Below are positions 1 to 16,527 of a DNA stretch of 64,000 nucleotides, in pieces. A model generated the notes under the pieces. It had not been told where the DNA came from. It made no database searches and saw nothing but the letters and a program-made list of their open reading frames with translations. Source of the DNA: the human T2T-CHM13v2.0 reference genome, Homo sapiens; assembly GCF_009914755.1 (NCBI RefSeq), contig NC_060936.1, one strand, 5' to 3'. Each line of letters begins with the position of its first letter. The first letter of the stretch is position 1. The position numbers and the translations under genes are program-made.

Positions 1-275
1 AGAGTCTTTCTCTGTCACCCAGTCTGGAGTGCAGTGGTGCAATCTTGGCTCACTGCAAGCTCCGCCTCCCGGGTTCACGCCATTCTCCTGCCTCAGCCTC
101 CTGAGTAGCTGGGACTACAGGCACCCACCACCACGCCCGGCTAATTTTTGTATTTTTAGTAGAGATGGGGTTTCACTGTGTTAGCCAGGATGGTCTCGAT
201 CTCCTGACGTCGTGATCTGCCCGCCTCGGCCTCCCAAAGTGCTGGGATTACAGGTGTGAGCCACCATGCCCGGCC
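1..275 (-). mobile_element. AluY-type SINE (cut by window start)
   Basis: Reverse Alu with Y-type motifs (gcaagctccgcc, ttcacgccattctcc, ttagccaggatggtctcgatc); ends cccggcc. Confidence 0.95.
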
Positions 276-1239
276 ATCACTTCACAATTCTAGCCCCTAC
301 CGGACAAGGCCCAGTGCTTCCAGGCCTCAATTCTAAGCTGCCATTAGCAAGTCAGATTGGCCCAGCTAGAGTCAGGAGTTCACTGCTGCACAGTGCATTA
401 TAGCTAGGGTAGGTCACGGTGTAAGCAATTAACAGGTCCTTCTGAAATCCAGCATCCTCACACTCAATGGTTCCTATGATTTCTAATGGGCAAGAGCTGG
501 GTCAACTTCCCTGATACTGTGGCCACTATAGTCCCAGCTTTCCTGCTCTTTCAGTACGGCAAGTTGTATTTTGACATTTGAAATAAAGCATTGGGTTTCC
601 TGCATCAGTAACAATGCTTCTTTCATTCTACCAACTTTGGTCACCTTGAGTCTTGAAGACGATTGATACTTACAGGGCGATAAACATGTAATCATTTGGC
701 ATAGAGAAAAAGGGTTAAGAAGCTGTGCTATCAGGAATGGTTATAGAGTACCCACTGGCACCATGTAGGGGGGCTCTGGGAACAGCTGAAGTGATGATGT
801 TGATTATGATGCTAAAGATGATGGTAACAGCAATAAAAGAATTGAGAAGGATGGGTCTCCTGAAAAAACATAAGAATACAGATAGAGAAAAGGAGCACAA
901 ATAATAGATCTCCATGTAGTGAAAATAATCTTGAGCTAAGGACTCAAAGACTTGGGTTCTAGACTTGTCTTTGTCCCTTAACTACGTGAGTTAAGATCAT
1001 TCACGTAGTGATCTTAGACTAATCACTTGGCTAGTTGTGGTCCATATCTGTAAAAATCGAAATGACTTTCTAAGCCAGAAATTTCTGGGATCCTACGGTC
1101 TATAATTCTATGCCTGGAGGATAAAGTGGATCTTGGAATAAATGAGATGATTAAAGCCAGGCGAGGATTAGCAAGGTCTGGTTTCTTAGGAGATGAATCT
1201 TCAAGAGAGATTCAAAAGGTGTGAGGACAGCCTTTGGTG

Positions 1240-2134
<895 letters not shown>

Positions 2135-2197
2135 GGTGGAAGGGAAAAGGCAAGGTCTGGGATAGAAGAGAGGGCCCAAGATAATGGCTTGGGAGTA

Positions 2198-2956
<759 letters not shown>

Positions 2957-2967
2957 TTTCTCCCTTT
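2957..2967 (-). other. Polypurine tract (PPT) of provirus
   Basis: tttctcccttt (minus strand aaagggagaaa) directly abuts the 3' LTR. Confidence 0.8.
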
Positions 2968-3005
2968 CGATCAGAATTTTTCTCTTCTAAAAGTATTGAT
3001 GATCA

Positions 3006-3313
<308 letters not shown>

Positions 3314-3434
3314 TCAGCATTTTAGATGTCTGTCCCACATCACCATGAAGCACATCGAAGGGAAAGAAGAAACAGGTACTATGGCTCAAGAACATAGAGA
3401 AGTCTCAAGTCCAAACTGATAGGCAGCACAAAGG

Positions 3435-4303
<869 letters not shown>

Positions 4304-4362
4304 CTGCTGAATCATTTCTAAGCATCTAGCTATCATGATTAGTTTTTTTTGTTGTTGGCTTT

Positions 4363-5263
4363 TGTGAAAGGAAAATAAACCTCAGGACCCCAAAGTCACT
4401 AGTCCAAAGGGAAGACTCAAGCTGCGAACTGCATCCGGCAAACATGACCCCCGTTCTATTCCTAAATAAGATAGCTACAAAGAGAAAAAAAATCACATAC
4501 ATCCGTCACAATTTGCCCAAAGGGAAATTCCTTGTGGACAAAGGACAGCCGGAACTCAGTCATCCCTCTGCTCACGTGAGACAAAAGCAGGCATATCTAA
4601 TTACTTCCTTTGTCCTATTGTCTCACTAAGCTAGACTAAGGCATAAGTGACTATTCCTGTAAAATGTGTATTCAGTGAAAGGCTAATCAGAAACTCAAAA
4701 GAATGCAACCCGCTGGGTGCGGTGGCTCACGCCTGTGATCTCAACACTTTGGGAGGCCGAGGCGGGTGGGATGACCTGAGATTAGGAGTTCGAGACCAGC
4801 CTGGCCAACATGGTGAAACCTTGTCTCTACTAGAAATACAAAAATTAGCTGGGTGTGGTGGCACACACCTGTAATCCCAGCTACTCAGGAGGCTGAGGCA
4901 AAAGAATCGCTTGAGCTCAGGAGGCAGAGGTTGCAGTGAGCCGAGATCTCACCACTGCATTTCAGCCTGGGAGACAGAATGAGACTGTCTCAAAAAAATA
5001 AAAATAAAATAAAATAAAGAATGCAACTGTTTGTCTCTTCTCTACCTATGACCTGGAAGCCTGCTTTGAGTTGTCCTGACTTTCAGACCAAATCAATGTA
5101 CATCTTACATATATTGATTGATGTCTCACATTTCCCTAAAATGTATAAAACCAGGCTATATCCCAAACACCTTGGGCACATGTGTCACAGGTGTGTCCTT
5201 AACCTTGGCAAAATAAACTTTCTAAATTGATTGAGACTTGTCTCAGGTACTTTTTGATTCACA
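4363..5263 (+). mobile_element. MER4A-type solo LTR nested in provirus, interrupted by Alu at 4712-5015
   Basis: Starts tgtgaaaggaaaataaa and ends ttcaca; near-TSD cttt/tttt; Alu TSD aaagaatgcaac on both sides. Confidence 0.85.
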
Positions 5264-5323
5264 TTTTAGACACTTAGAAACATAAGACATAATCAATTTA
5301 AGAATTAAAAATATTACGCAATC

Positions 5324-5626
<303 letters not shown>

Positions 5627-5644
5627 TTACACAAATAAGGTCAA

Positions 5645-5912
5645 TTATTATTCGAGACAGGATCTCACTCTGTTGCACTGGCTGAAGTACAGTGGTGCAA
5701 TCAGAGCTCACTGCAGCCTCACCCACCCAGACTCAAGCAATCCTCCCACCCCTGCCTCCTTAGTAGCTGAGACCACAGGCACATGCCACCATGCCTGGCT
5801 AATTGTTTTTTTCTTTTTTAGAGATGGGTCTTACTATGTTGCCCAGGCTGGTCTTGAACTCCTTGCCTCCCAAAGTGCTAAGATTACAGATGTAAATCAT
5901 AGCAATTGGCCT
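5645..5912 (-). mobile_element. AluJ-like SINE
   Basis: Diverged reverse Alu, tail-to-tail with the previous Alu. Confidence 0.88.
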
Positions 5913-6414
5913 TAACATAACATTATTTTAAGAGTTTAAATTCCTGAAAGCAATTTTGAAATTATTATACAAGTACCCTCCCCAATGTCTTCCTCAGTTG
6001 TCCTGGGTCCCAAGTACCCATATGGCACTCAGAATGGCTATAAAGGGCAGGGACCATCTGGGTCCTGAATTTACATACCAGGTATAGAGCTCAGGACAGG
6101 ACCAAGATGTAAAGATGCCTAAAAAGGCCAACCCTTCCCAGCGTGCCCCCAGGAGGCACAGCTGGGCCAGGGAGGACATATTGGGTTTGGCCCTGCCCTG
6201 CAGCTAGTGTCCTTGGTGCTATGGACATGCCAATGTCTTCAGGCCTCACCAAGGCCACCTGTCTAGACCCCAGAACCTAAAGGCTCAAAACCAAAGATGT
6301 TAGCTCACTGTAAAATGTGTGCAAGGATTGGGGGAAGCCCAGCAGCCAGCCCTCACCACTTTAGGTCACAGACAAATTCAGCAGGTATCAAAAATATCAC
6401 AGAAGCAACAGGGT

Positions 6415-6665
6415 TTTTTTTGTTGTTTTTTGGGGTTTCTTTTTGAGACAGAGTCTCACTCTGTTGCCCAGGCTGGAGCCCAGTGGCACGATCTTGGCTT
6501 ACTGCAATCTCCGCCTCTTGAGTTCAAGTAATTCTAGTGCCTCAGCCTCCTGAGTAGCTGGGATCACAGGTGTGTGCGACCACACCACACCCAGCTAATC
6601 AAGTAATCCATCCACCTCTGCCTCCCAAAGTGCTGGGGTTATAGGTGTGAGCCACCACACTCAGC
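6415..6665 (-). mobile_element. Alu with internal deletion
   Basis: Reverse Alu missing its central portion. Confidence 0.88.
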
Positions 6666-6899
6666 TGAGGCAACAGTTTTATAATCTTAAAACATCTAGC
6701 AGAGACGGTATACATCTGTTTGACCAATAGACCACGTAAAAATGTTTGAACTATATTTAGTCTTCAAACTTTCTAATTTAATTTTAACAACAATTTAAAA
6801 ACTAGTTTTATTTACCAAAGGTTACTAAAAATCGTGTGAACCTGAAAAGCATTTGGGCTTATTTACTTAGTTTATGAGTGCTCACTTATTTATAAGTCA

Positions 6900-7588
<689 letters not shown>

Positions 7589-7901
7589 GATTTTTACAGC
7601 TTTGAGTTTAAAATTTGTCATCAGACAGGTAAAACTCACTAGTTTAAAAGGACAGTTGGATTAAATTCTGTCTCTCTAAATGGAACAGATTAAAGTTTTC
7701 ACAAGCCCTTATGGAGTTTCAGAGAAAACAGGGAAGCAAATTGCGTCTCAAAGGAGAGAGAATGTACGCATTTTCAAGAAGGAGTTTACATGTGTTAAAG
7801 GAAGATTAAAAGTGGATGTCAAGGTAATGCAAAATCATAGGAATTCACTAGAAAGTTGTGCAAGGAAATACATAGATGGGCCTAGAAAAAAATTCAGAAA
7901 C

Positions 7902-8367
7902 TGAGGTAGGAGGCAGGACTCAACTCTGGAGGTGGGGCTTGGACACCAGACCAAACTGAAGACTAGCTCAAACAGGTCCAGGGAGGAAGCAGCTTTCCAT
8001 AAGACACACCCACCAGTGTGCCATGTCAGTTTACCATCGCCATGGCAACACCCAGCCGTTACTGCCCCCTTTCATGGCAACAACCGGAGGACCCAGTAGT
8101 TACTCCCCTCATCTTAGAAAGTTCTACATAAACCACCCCTTAATTTGCATATAATTAAAAGTGGGTATAAAGATGAGAGCAGAACCACCTCTGAGCTGCT
8201 ACTCTGCTACTCTGAGCTACTCTGGGGCAGCCCTGCTCCACAGCAGCAGCCCTTCTGCTGCTGCTGTACACGGCCACTTCAGTAAAAGTTGCTGAGTTCT
8301 TTCCTGGGCAAAGCTGGGAACCCTCCCGGGCTAAGCCCCGATTTTGGGGCTTGCCTGTCCCGAACCA
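7902..8367 (+). mobile_element. ERV1 solo LTR (MER50-like) nested in provirus
   Basis: tgaggtaggagg...ca termini, tataaa near 8166, perfect TSD AAAC at 7898-7901 and 8368-8371. Confidence 0.8.
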
Positions 8368-9070
8368 AAACCTTTTCAAAGTAGCCAGCCAAATGCCAGA
8401 AAGTTGTATTTTGAAGACTAATCTAGTTGGATAGGTGGATTTTTAAATTTAGTTTTCCATTTCTTAACTGGATTACTGAGCTTAGGGTGGAGCCCATTAA
8501 CAAATAGGGCCAAGAAAGTATTTGCTGTTCTCAGGGCCTAATAATTAAACACGTGAAAAGCAGGCACAGCTGGGAAGGTGATCTAGATCTTTAAAAATCA
8601 AGAATCCCACTTTTACTTTGAATCGCAGGTCCCCAAAAGAGGAAAGAATGCCATGGGTCCAGGGCCACACAATGTTTCCACAGTGCTCCTTGCAACATCA
8701 GCCCATTCTGTGGTCAGCCCATCCCCCACAGGAGGTCTTACCCCTTGTTGGAGAATGTTTTCATAACCTCCAAGCATTCGAACTTCACCTTTCTTATCTA
8801 AACACATAACGAAACAAGTAGCCCCCTGCAGTAATAACCATTCGCTGCATTTGCTGTCAGCTACTTCTAAAACTGCAGCTTTTGCCAGTCACTTGCCAGC
8901 CACTGCACACACAAAGGTCAAATTCTCTCTCAATACAAAGTAATCCTTTTGTACTCCAAAAGCCAGAGACCAGGAAACTCAATGCAAAAGAGAGCAGAGC
9001 TTTAGACCTGAGAAAAGTATGCCCACAATTCTCAGGACTCCACAAAAGAAAGAGAAGACCACAAAATAGA

Positions 9071-9283
9071 GCATGTGTGTGTGCGTGTGTGTGTGTGCAT
9101 GTGTGTGCACACGTGTGCGTGCGTGTGTGCGTGTGTGGTTGCGTGTGTATGCGTCCGTGTGTGTGTCCGTGTCTGTGTGCGTATGTGCATGCGTGTGCGT
9201 GCATATTCATGCGCGTGCATGTGCGCGTGCGTGAGTGTGCGCTTGCGTGTGTGAGCGTGCATGTGTGTGCGTGTGCGTGTGTG
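9071..9283. repeat. Alternating purine-pyrimidine (GT/GC/AT) low-complexity tract
   Basis: About 210 bp of gtgtgcgtgcat-type units. Confidence 0.95.
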
Positions 9284-10693
9284 GTGCCTTTTCCTGTGTT
9301 CCTCAAGAGGTCTCAGAAGTCTCTGCTAGAAGTCTCTAGATTTCTTCACGTGGTATCAAAGATGGCCAAAGAAAGGAGGAGCGGAAGTGGAAGGAAATGG
9401 AAGAACAAGGCCTAGCGGGGCTAATTTGGAAAGATTTTAAATTTTCTGAAAGACCAATGAAGTTTTACGTTTTTCTCAGCAAAATCATGCCAACAAGAAA
9501 GGAAGCAAATGGAGAGATTAAACTTTTTTTTTTTCAAAAGGAGTTTCAGTTGACTGAAAAAGAATTCCCAGAAACGGGATCCCAGGGAGAAAAAGCAGAA
9601 AGGCCCTTTTTGTCAATAAAAATTATGCCCTGAATATCAGCTTTTAATTAAGCTGATTTCTAACCATAGAGCTCTTTAAAAAAATCTTTTCAAATCTTTT
9701 ATCAGATTTCAGCCAGGACAAGTAGAAAGTAGGTCTCCCATTCTGTTTGGTTCTAAAATAGCTTTTTTTTTTTTTTCTGATCTATCAAAGGACCTCCGTT
9801 TTGGCTATTGTAATTTAGGGTCATCTGAAGTCCTGTGGGCCCATTTGTTCAAATGTCTGCAAGACAAAGCTCCGTAAGTGTTATACAGAATATCAGCCGA
9901 TGTTTCCAAGGGAGGCTGCGTCGTTAGAGAGTCTTCAGACTTGAATAGGTTTGTTACCCATAATTTAGAGGCCTGAATCACTCACAGCCAAGTTCTGGGC
10001 TGTGTTTTGGGTCAAAATGTGCTGCTTGTGAGTGTGACTCCTTAGTGTGTCACTACTGAGTTGTGTCCACGTTTTTATGTGTCTCAGAAACATTGATCCC
10101 CAGAGGGTCACAAAGTCCTCACGAGTGCTAAGTGGCCAGCCTTTATGTGCACTTGTTGGCAGAGTGAGAGAGATTACGGATGTTCTCCTGAGAGAGGAAA
10201 CCTTTTAAGGCACGAAAGTCCCAATACCCCCAGCAAGTCGCTAATTGTTTAGGGTGCCCTAACGGGCTGGAGGGAGCGAGTGCCTTTTATCTTTGGAGTG
10301 AAGAATCCACTCTCATATATTAGAAAAAGGGAATCTAAGAGAGGTTGGTCATGCATAAAAGTTTGATTTCCAAAATGAAAGGTCATGATGTAACAATGTC
10401 TTGGCCGAAAATGGAAGCAAACTGCTAACTCCAGACCTGTGAGTTGCCAGAAAAATATCCTGATCTCCTGACTTAAACAGGAAAGTCAGAGACAGAACCC
10501 TCATTCAGAGAGAGTCAAAGAGAAACCGCTCAAAGTCTAGACCTCCACCAAAGAAACGGGAGTCTGGATTCAGGAGAACTCACCCGCAACACCAATGAGA
10601 CTTCTGAAGATGGAGAACGCAATGGGTTTGTGCTAGTACCAACCACTGCCTTCAGAGAAAAACAATGGGTGGTTGCTGTGGGGGATTCACTCT

Positions 10694-10714
10694 GAATCCT
10701 GCTGACTTACGCCA
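10694..10714 (-). other. Primer binding site complementary to tRNA-Ser 3' end
   Basis: Plus strand gaatcctgctgacttacgcca versus tRNA-Ser 3' end GAATCCTGCCGACTACGCCA (1 substitution, 1 insertion); lies 4 bp from the 5' LTR. Confidence 0.85.
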
Positions 10715-10718
10715 GCTA

Positions 10719-11389
10719 TATCGACCTAAAGGAAAATACATTCTGAGTGGAGAGTTTACCTGGGCCAAGTTTGAGGACTGCAACCCAGAAGCATAGATTC
10801 AAGTTGCCCTGAATCTATCCTCCCAGTAGCAGCAGTTGTGTTTTTTTTTAATCTAGTTATTTATTTATTGACTGGGTTATGAGACTGGCTAAGTTTTGTA
10901 TTTTTGATAGAGATGGGGCTTTCACCATGTCACCCAGGCTGGTCTCGAACTCCTAGGCTCAAGTGGTCCACCCCCCTCAGCCTCCCAAAGTGCTGGGAAT
11001 ACAGGTGGGAGTCACTGCACCTGCCTACAAGTGGGTTTTTCTTTTTTCTTTTCTTTTTCTGGAACTTTATTTCTTCTAACAGGTACAAGTGGTAGTAGCC
11101 TTTTCCTTCTTTTAAAGGAAAAGAAAAAGGCAGTTCCTAAACTATTTACCAAGAATTTACATAAAAATAACCTAAGATATTGATTGGCTATACATTGTTA
11201 TTTGTATCACACATCCCAGGAACATGAAGATAATGGGTGAGGCAGCTAGTCAGGAAACTATAGGGAAGAAAATAAAGAACAAAATCCCTTTAAACAATTG
11301 CATCCGGGGCATGGAGGTGGGGTTTGGGGGATATAGGTGGTTGTGGGGAGGGTGACTAGAGACCCCTCTGAGCTATTTTTCTTTTTTCA
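10719..11389 (-). mobile_element. 5' LTR of provirus (with Alu monomer insertion and U3 deletion)
   Basis: Homologous to 2198-2956; ends ttttca followed by TSD agta. Confidence 0.88.
10843..11026 (-). mobile_element. Alu left-monomer-type insertion with atypical 3' segment
   Basis: Left arm and linker, then non-consensus agtctcataacccagtc and an A-rich tail (read on minus strand). Confidence 0.8.
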
Positions 11390-11814
11390 AGTAGGAATAG
11401 AAGTGTGATGCTGGAGAAGGAAACCTGGACCAAAATGTGGTGTGGGTAACTTGTTTCTCTTTTCTGCGTCTCAACTTCCTCCAGCTCTATTTTTCAGAGA
11501 AGGAAGTTGCATGGGAAAGGAAATGGCAATCAGGTTTGTCTAGCTGAAGCAGTCTAAGCTGAAGTATAAAAAAAATTAAGGTGGGCTGGAGCGAGAGGAA
11601 GGCTGGGGAAAGCTGGTGAGGTATCTTGAAACCTGTGTTAAGGAATTTCCCTGGCTTAGAACAGGGCAATTGGTTTTTACCATTAAAATCCCTTTGGTTT
11701 TTACCATTAAAATTCCAAAGTTACAGCCCTCTCTTCCTCTTTGTAAATGTTGGTTAGCCACTACTGGACATTACCAATCCTCAGGGGAAACTAGTTGAGA
11801 TTAGAAGAAACAAT

Positions 11815-12400
11815 TGTAAAAAGCAAAGTAGAGGTTCCTCTTCAAAGACTTTCCTCCCCATCTAATTAGGAATAAATAGTAACTTCTCTTAGAAGCAAAA
11901 TTTATTCAAAGACCTGTGTTAATATTCTTAAATATCTCTAGCCATAATAAAGAAATCAATGTACTTTATGTTCTTAGTTCCCACAATTTAGCCTAAATAT
12001 TTGCCCTGCCATGCTTCTACTGGTCCAAGCAAGCATTAGGTCATAGCCTGTTCTTCTTCCTTATTTGAAGGTGTTTTTACCTTTCTCAGCATTCCACAAG
12101 TTACTTCCTCCTTCCTTTGTCCTCTTCTGCCTTTGCCTCTCTTAAAAAGTTCTAAGTTGCTAGCCAACTGGGACAAATACAGAATGTGAGGTCCTGTTCC
12201 AGCCAATGGAAACCGACACAGCAGTAGGGTGGACGCATCAGATTATAAATGACCCTGTCTCCTTTGTTCAGTGTACTCTCGTGGCAAAACTGCTGGCGAG
12301 TGTACCCTTTCTGCAGAAAGTGAAAATGGCCTTGCTGAGAAAATTAAATTTATGTTAAGTGCTATTTCTTTACAGCACCAGGGAACAAGCATTTCTAACA
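11815..12400 (+). mobile_element. LTR10-family (HERV-I type) solo LTR
   Basis: Starts tgtaaaaagcaaagtagaggttcctcttcaaagac, TATA ttataaat near 12244, ends ctaaca; near-TSD caat/caac. Confidence 0.8.
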
Positions 12401-12798
12401 CAACTTTACACACTGGTAGTAATAGCAGGTCTGCAAGGTTGACTCCAGCAGAGAAAGTCAGGAAGACAGTTAGTGCATGCAGCCAAAGAACTACAAACAT
12501 AGGGAGGAGCCGGAATAGTCAATTTCAAAGAAAAGATCCTTCCAGTACACAGAATTACAATCTCTGAACACAACTCCCTGGCCTCAATTTTGATTTTAAT
12601 TGACTGCATGGCTCAAGATAAAGGGCTGGTAAATTGAGACCTGAATTCTCCTTCAGCAACAACCAGGGAGAGCTGGAGGAATGGGTGGTAGTATACTGTA
12701 ATCACCCATTTTTCAAATTAAGTCTTTAAGGCCCTAGTAAGCCAACTGAAAGGAATTCTTAGTTCCTCAGGCTAAAAGAGCACAGAAGTTGCTATGTG

Positions 12799-13250
<452 letters not shown>

Positions 13251-13287
13251 ATAATTTAAACAATGATTTTTTAAAAAAATGTTGCTA

Positions 13288-13593
<306 letters not shown>

Positions 13594-14208
13594 GTTGCTA
13601 TGTGAAGGTAGAAGGAAAATAGGCAGAAGGTAATGAGTTCAGAGGACTTGCTTTTAATTGTATATTAAAGTGTAAGAACTCTCAAATATTCTGCATTCTT
13701 TTTGAATGACTTTAGTGTGCTTTTCCTCCTGTAGCTACGTTGAGACCAGAGTACCAGCTTTCCTTGCAGAGAGAGAAAGGGAGTGAGAAGGGGGAGAGAG
13801 AGACAATGATGAAAATGAGAAATGATGATGATTGTTTCCTCTGAGATAAAAACCTGAGCTCTCTGCTAAGGAAAGAAAACTCTCTCTCTAGGATTTTTTT
13901 CTTCACCCTTCATGTCTTATTCAGGAAGGAATAATAAAAGAAAGGAAAACAAAGAATGCTGACATTTACTGAGGTCCTTTTGTGAACTAGACACTTCCTC
14001 CTTCATGGTTTCTTTTAATCTCCACATTTTTATACATAAGGAAACTGGAGGGTCAGAGTATTTAAGTAACAAGTTCTCTCCATTATAAAAGGCAGAAGTG
14101 GGATTCATCTGTCAAGGCCTGGCTCTTTCCACACCAAAGGAAAATCAATCAGGCATCCTACAGGCCGTTAGCCACTAGAGGGGCCGGATGAGTTGGGTGG
14201 CTTAGAGC

Positions 14209-14370
14209 ACTGTTCTCTAACTTGAGCACGAAGCAGAATCTCCTGGCCTTTTAAAACACAGAAGACCCCACCTCTGAGTTTCTGGTCCTGTAGGTCCGGA
14301 GTGGAACCAGACACTTTACATTTCTAAGAAGGTGTCAGTCCATCCAGAACCACACCTTGAGATTAACTAC
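14209..14370. mobile_element. MER5-like hAT-Charlie DNA transposon fossil
   Basis: ttctctaacttgagca...agaatctcctgg...catttctaa...accacaccttgag pattern. Confidence 0.6.
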
Positions 14371-14608
14371 CTTAGAGCTAATAGTCTCCAGGAATGGAAA
14401 ACGCACTTCCCAGTTCATGTCCTACTGGCAGTGGAGTCAGGGAACGTGACAGTGTCACTCTTGTATGGGAAGGCCAACAGATCCCCAAGTGCCCTTAGAA
14501 TAGAGTTCCCCATGTTCTGAGAGTTGATAGAAACATGTGTTCTTGACTTCTGATTCCACTGCAAGATTTCACCCACAAAATATTTTCATTCTTGAATGTG
14601 CATGGTTA

Positions 14609-15680
<1,072 letters not shown>

Positions 15681-16221
15681 TTACAGAATGGGGTCTCACT
15701 ATGTCACATATCATGTTGTTTCTCTAGTTATTTGATATGCCAGAATACAGGAAATGGTTAGGGAAAAGAGTTGTTGCAACGTCTCCGCCTTCTCCTGTTA
15801 TCCTTACAGACGACATTTTGTCTGTAAAAAGTGAATCTCATGCCCCCATCCTCATCAACTCTGTCCTTCAAGAACTGTCAGAAGCCTGTGTGGTAATAAT
15901 GCCAGGCTTCTCACGTTCAGTGCCTGGGCCTGGAGGGAGGAAGGGTCGGGTCCTTGCAGCTGCTGTTTATCTCACTTCTGTTGTAACCAGAGAACAATGG
16001 GTCCTGCTAAGGGAGGGATGAGAATAATACTTCCATTGTTGGCACAGCAACTAAAGATGGGGCTCTGAACTTGGGGATCAGTTCCCGCTCCTCTCCTTGC
16101 ATTCTGAGTATTCTCAGAAGCACGGCCACTTTTCAAAGATATACTGTTATGCTGGGAAGCCAGGGGAGGAATCTAGTATCCAATACAACCTTGAACCATG
16201 CACACACTAAGAATGCAAATA

Positions 16222-16527
16222 GTCGGGCGTGGTGGCACATCCTGTAATCCCAGCGCTTTGAGAGGCCGAGGTGGATCGCTTGAGGCCAAGAGTTCAAAAC
16301 CAGCCTGAGTGACATAGTGAGACCCCCTTTCTCTACAAAAAATAAAATAAATTAGCCAGGTGTGGTGGTGCATGCCTGTAGTCCCAGCTACATGGGAGGC
16401 TGAGGCAGGAGGATCACTGGAGCCCAGGAGATCAAGGCTGCAAGTGAGCTATAATCATGCCTTTGCCCTCCAGCCTGGGCAATAGAACGAGACCAGGTCT
16501 CTAAAATAATAATAAGAAGAAGAAGAA
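16222..16527 (+). mobile_element. AluJ SINE
   Basis: Dimer; TSD aagaat(g/a)caaata. Confidence 0.92.

Noticed and set aside
715-915. 66-aa hydrophobic ORF resembling a small membrane peptide
   Set aside because: Hydrophobicity comes from low-complexity T-rich/(atc)-like sequence; no recognisable family or promoter support.
8857-9415. 149-aa His/Thr-rich and 177-aa Cys/Val-rich ORFs
   Set aside because: Translations of the (GT/GC)n tract, which lacks stop codons by composition.
11990-12040. Possible p53 response element in the LTR10
   Set aside because: Only isolated or degenerate half-sites (tgccatgctt, aagcaagcat); no adjacent pair fitting RRRCWWGYYY x2.
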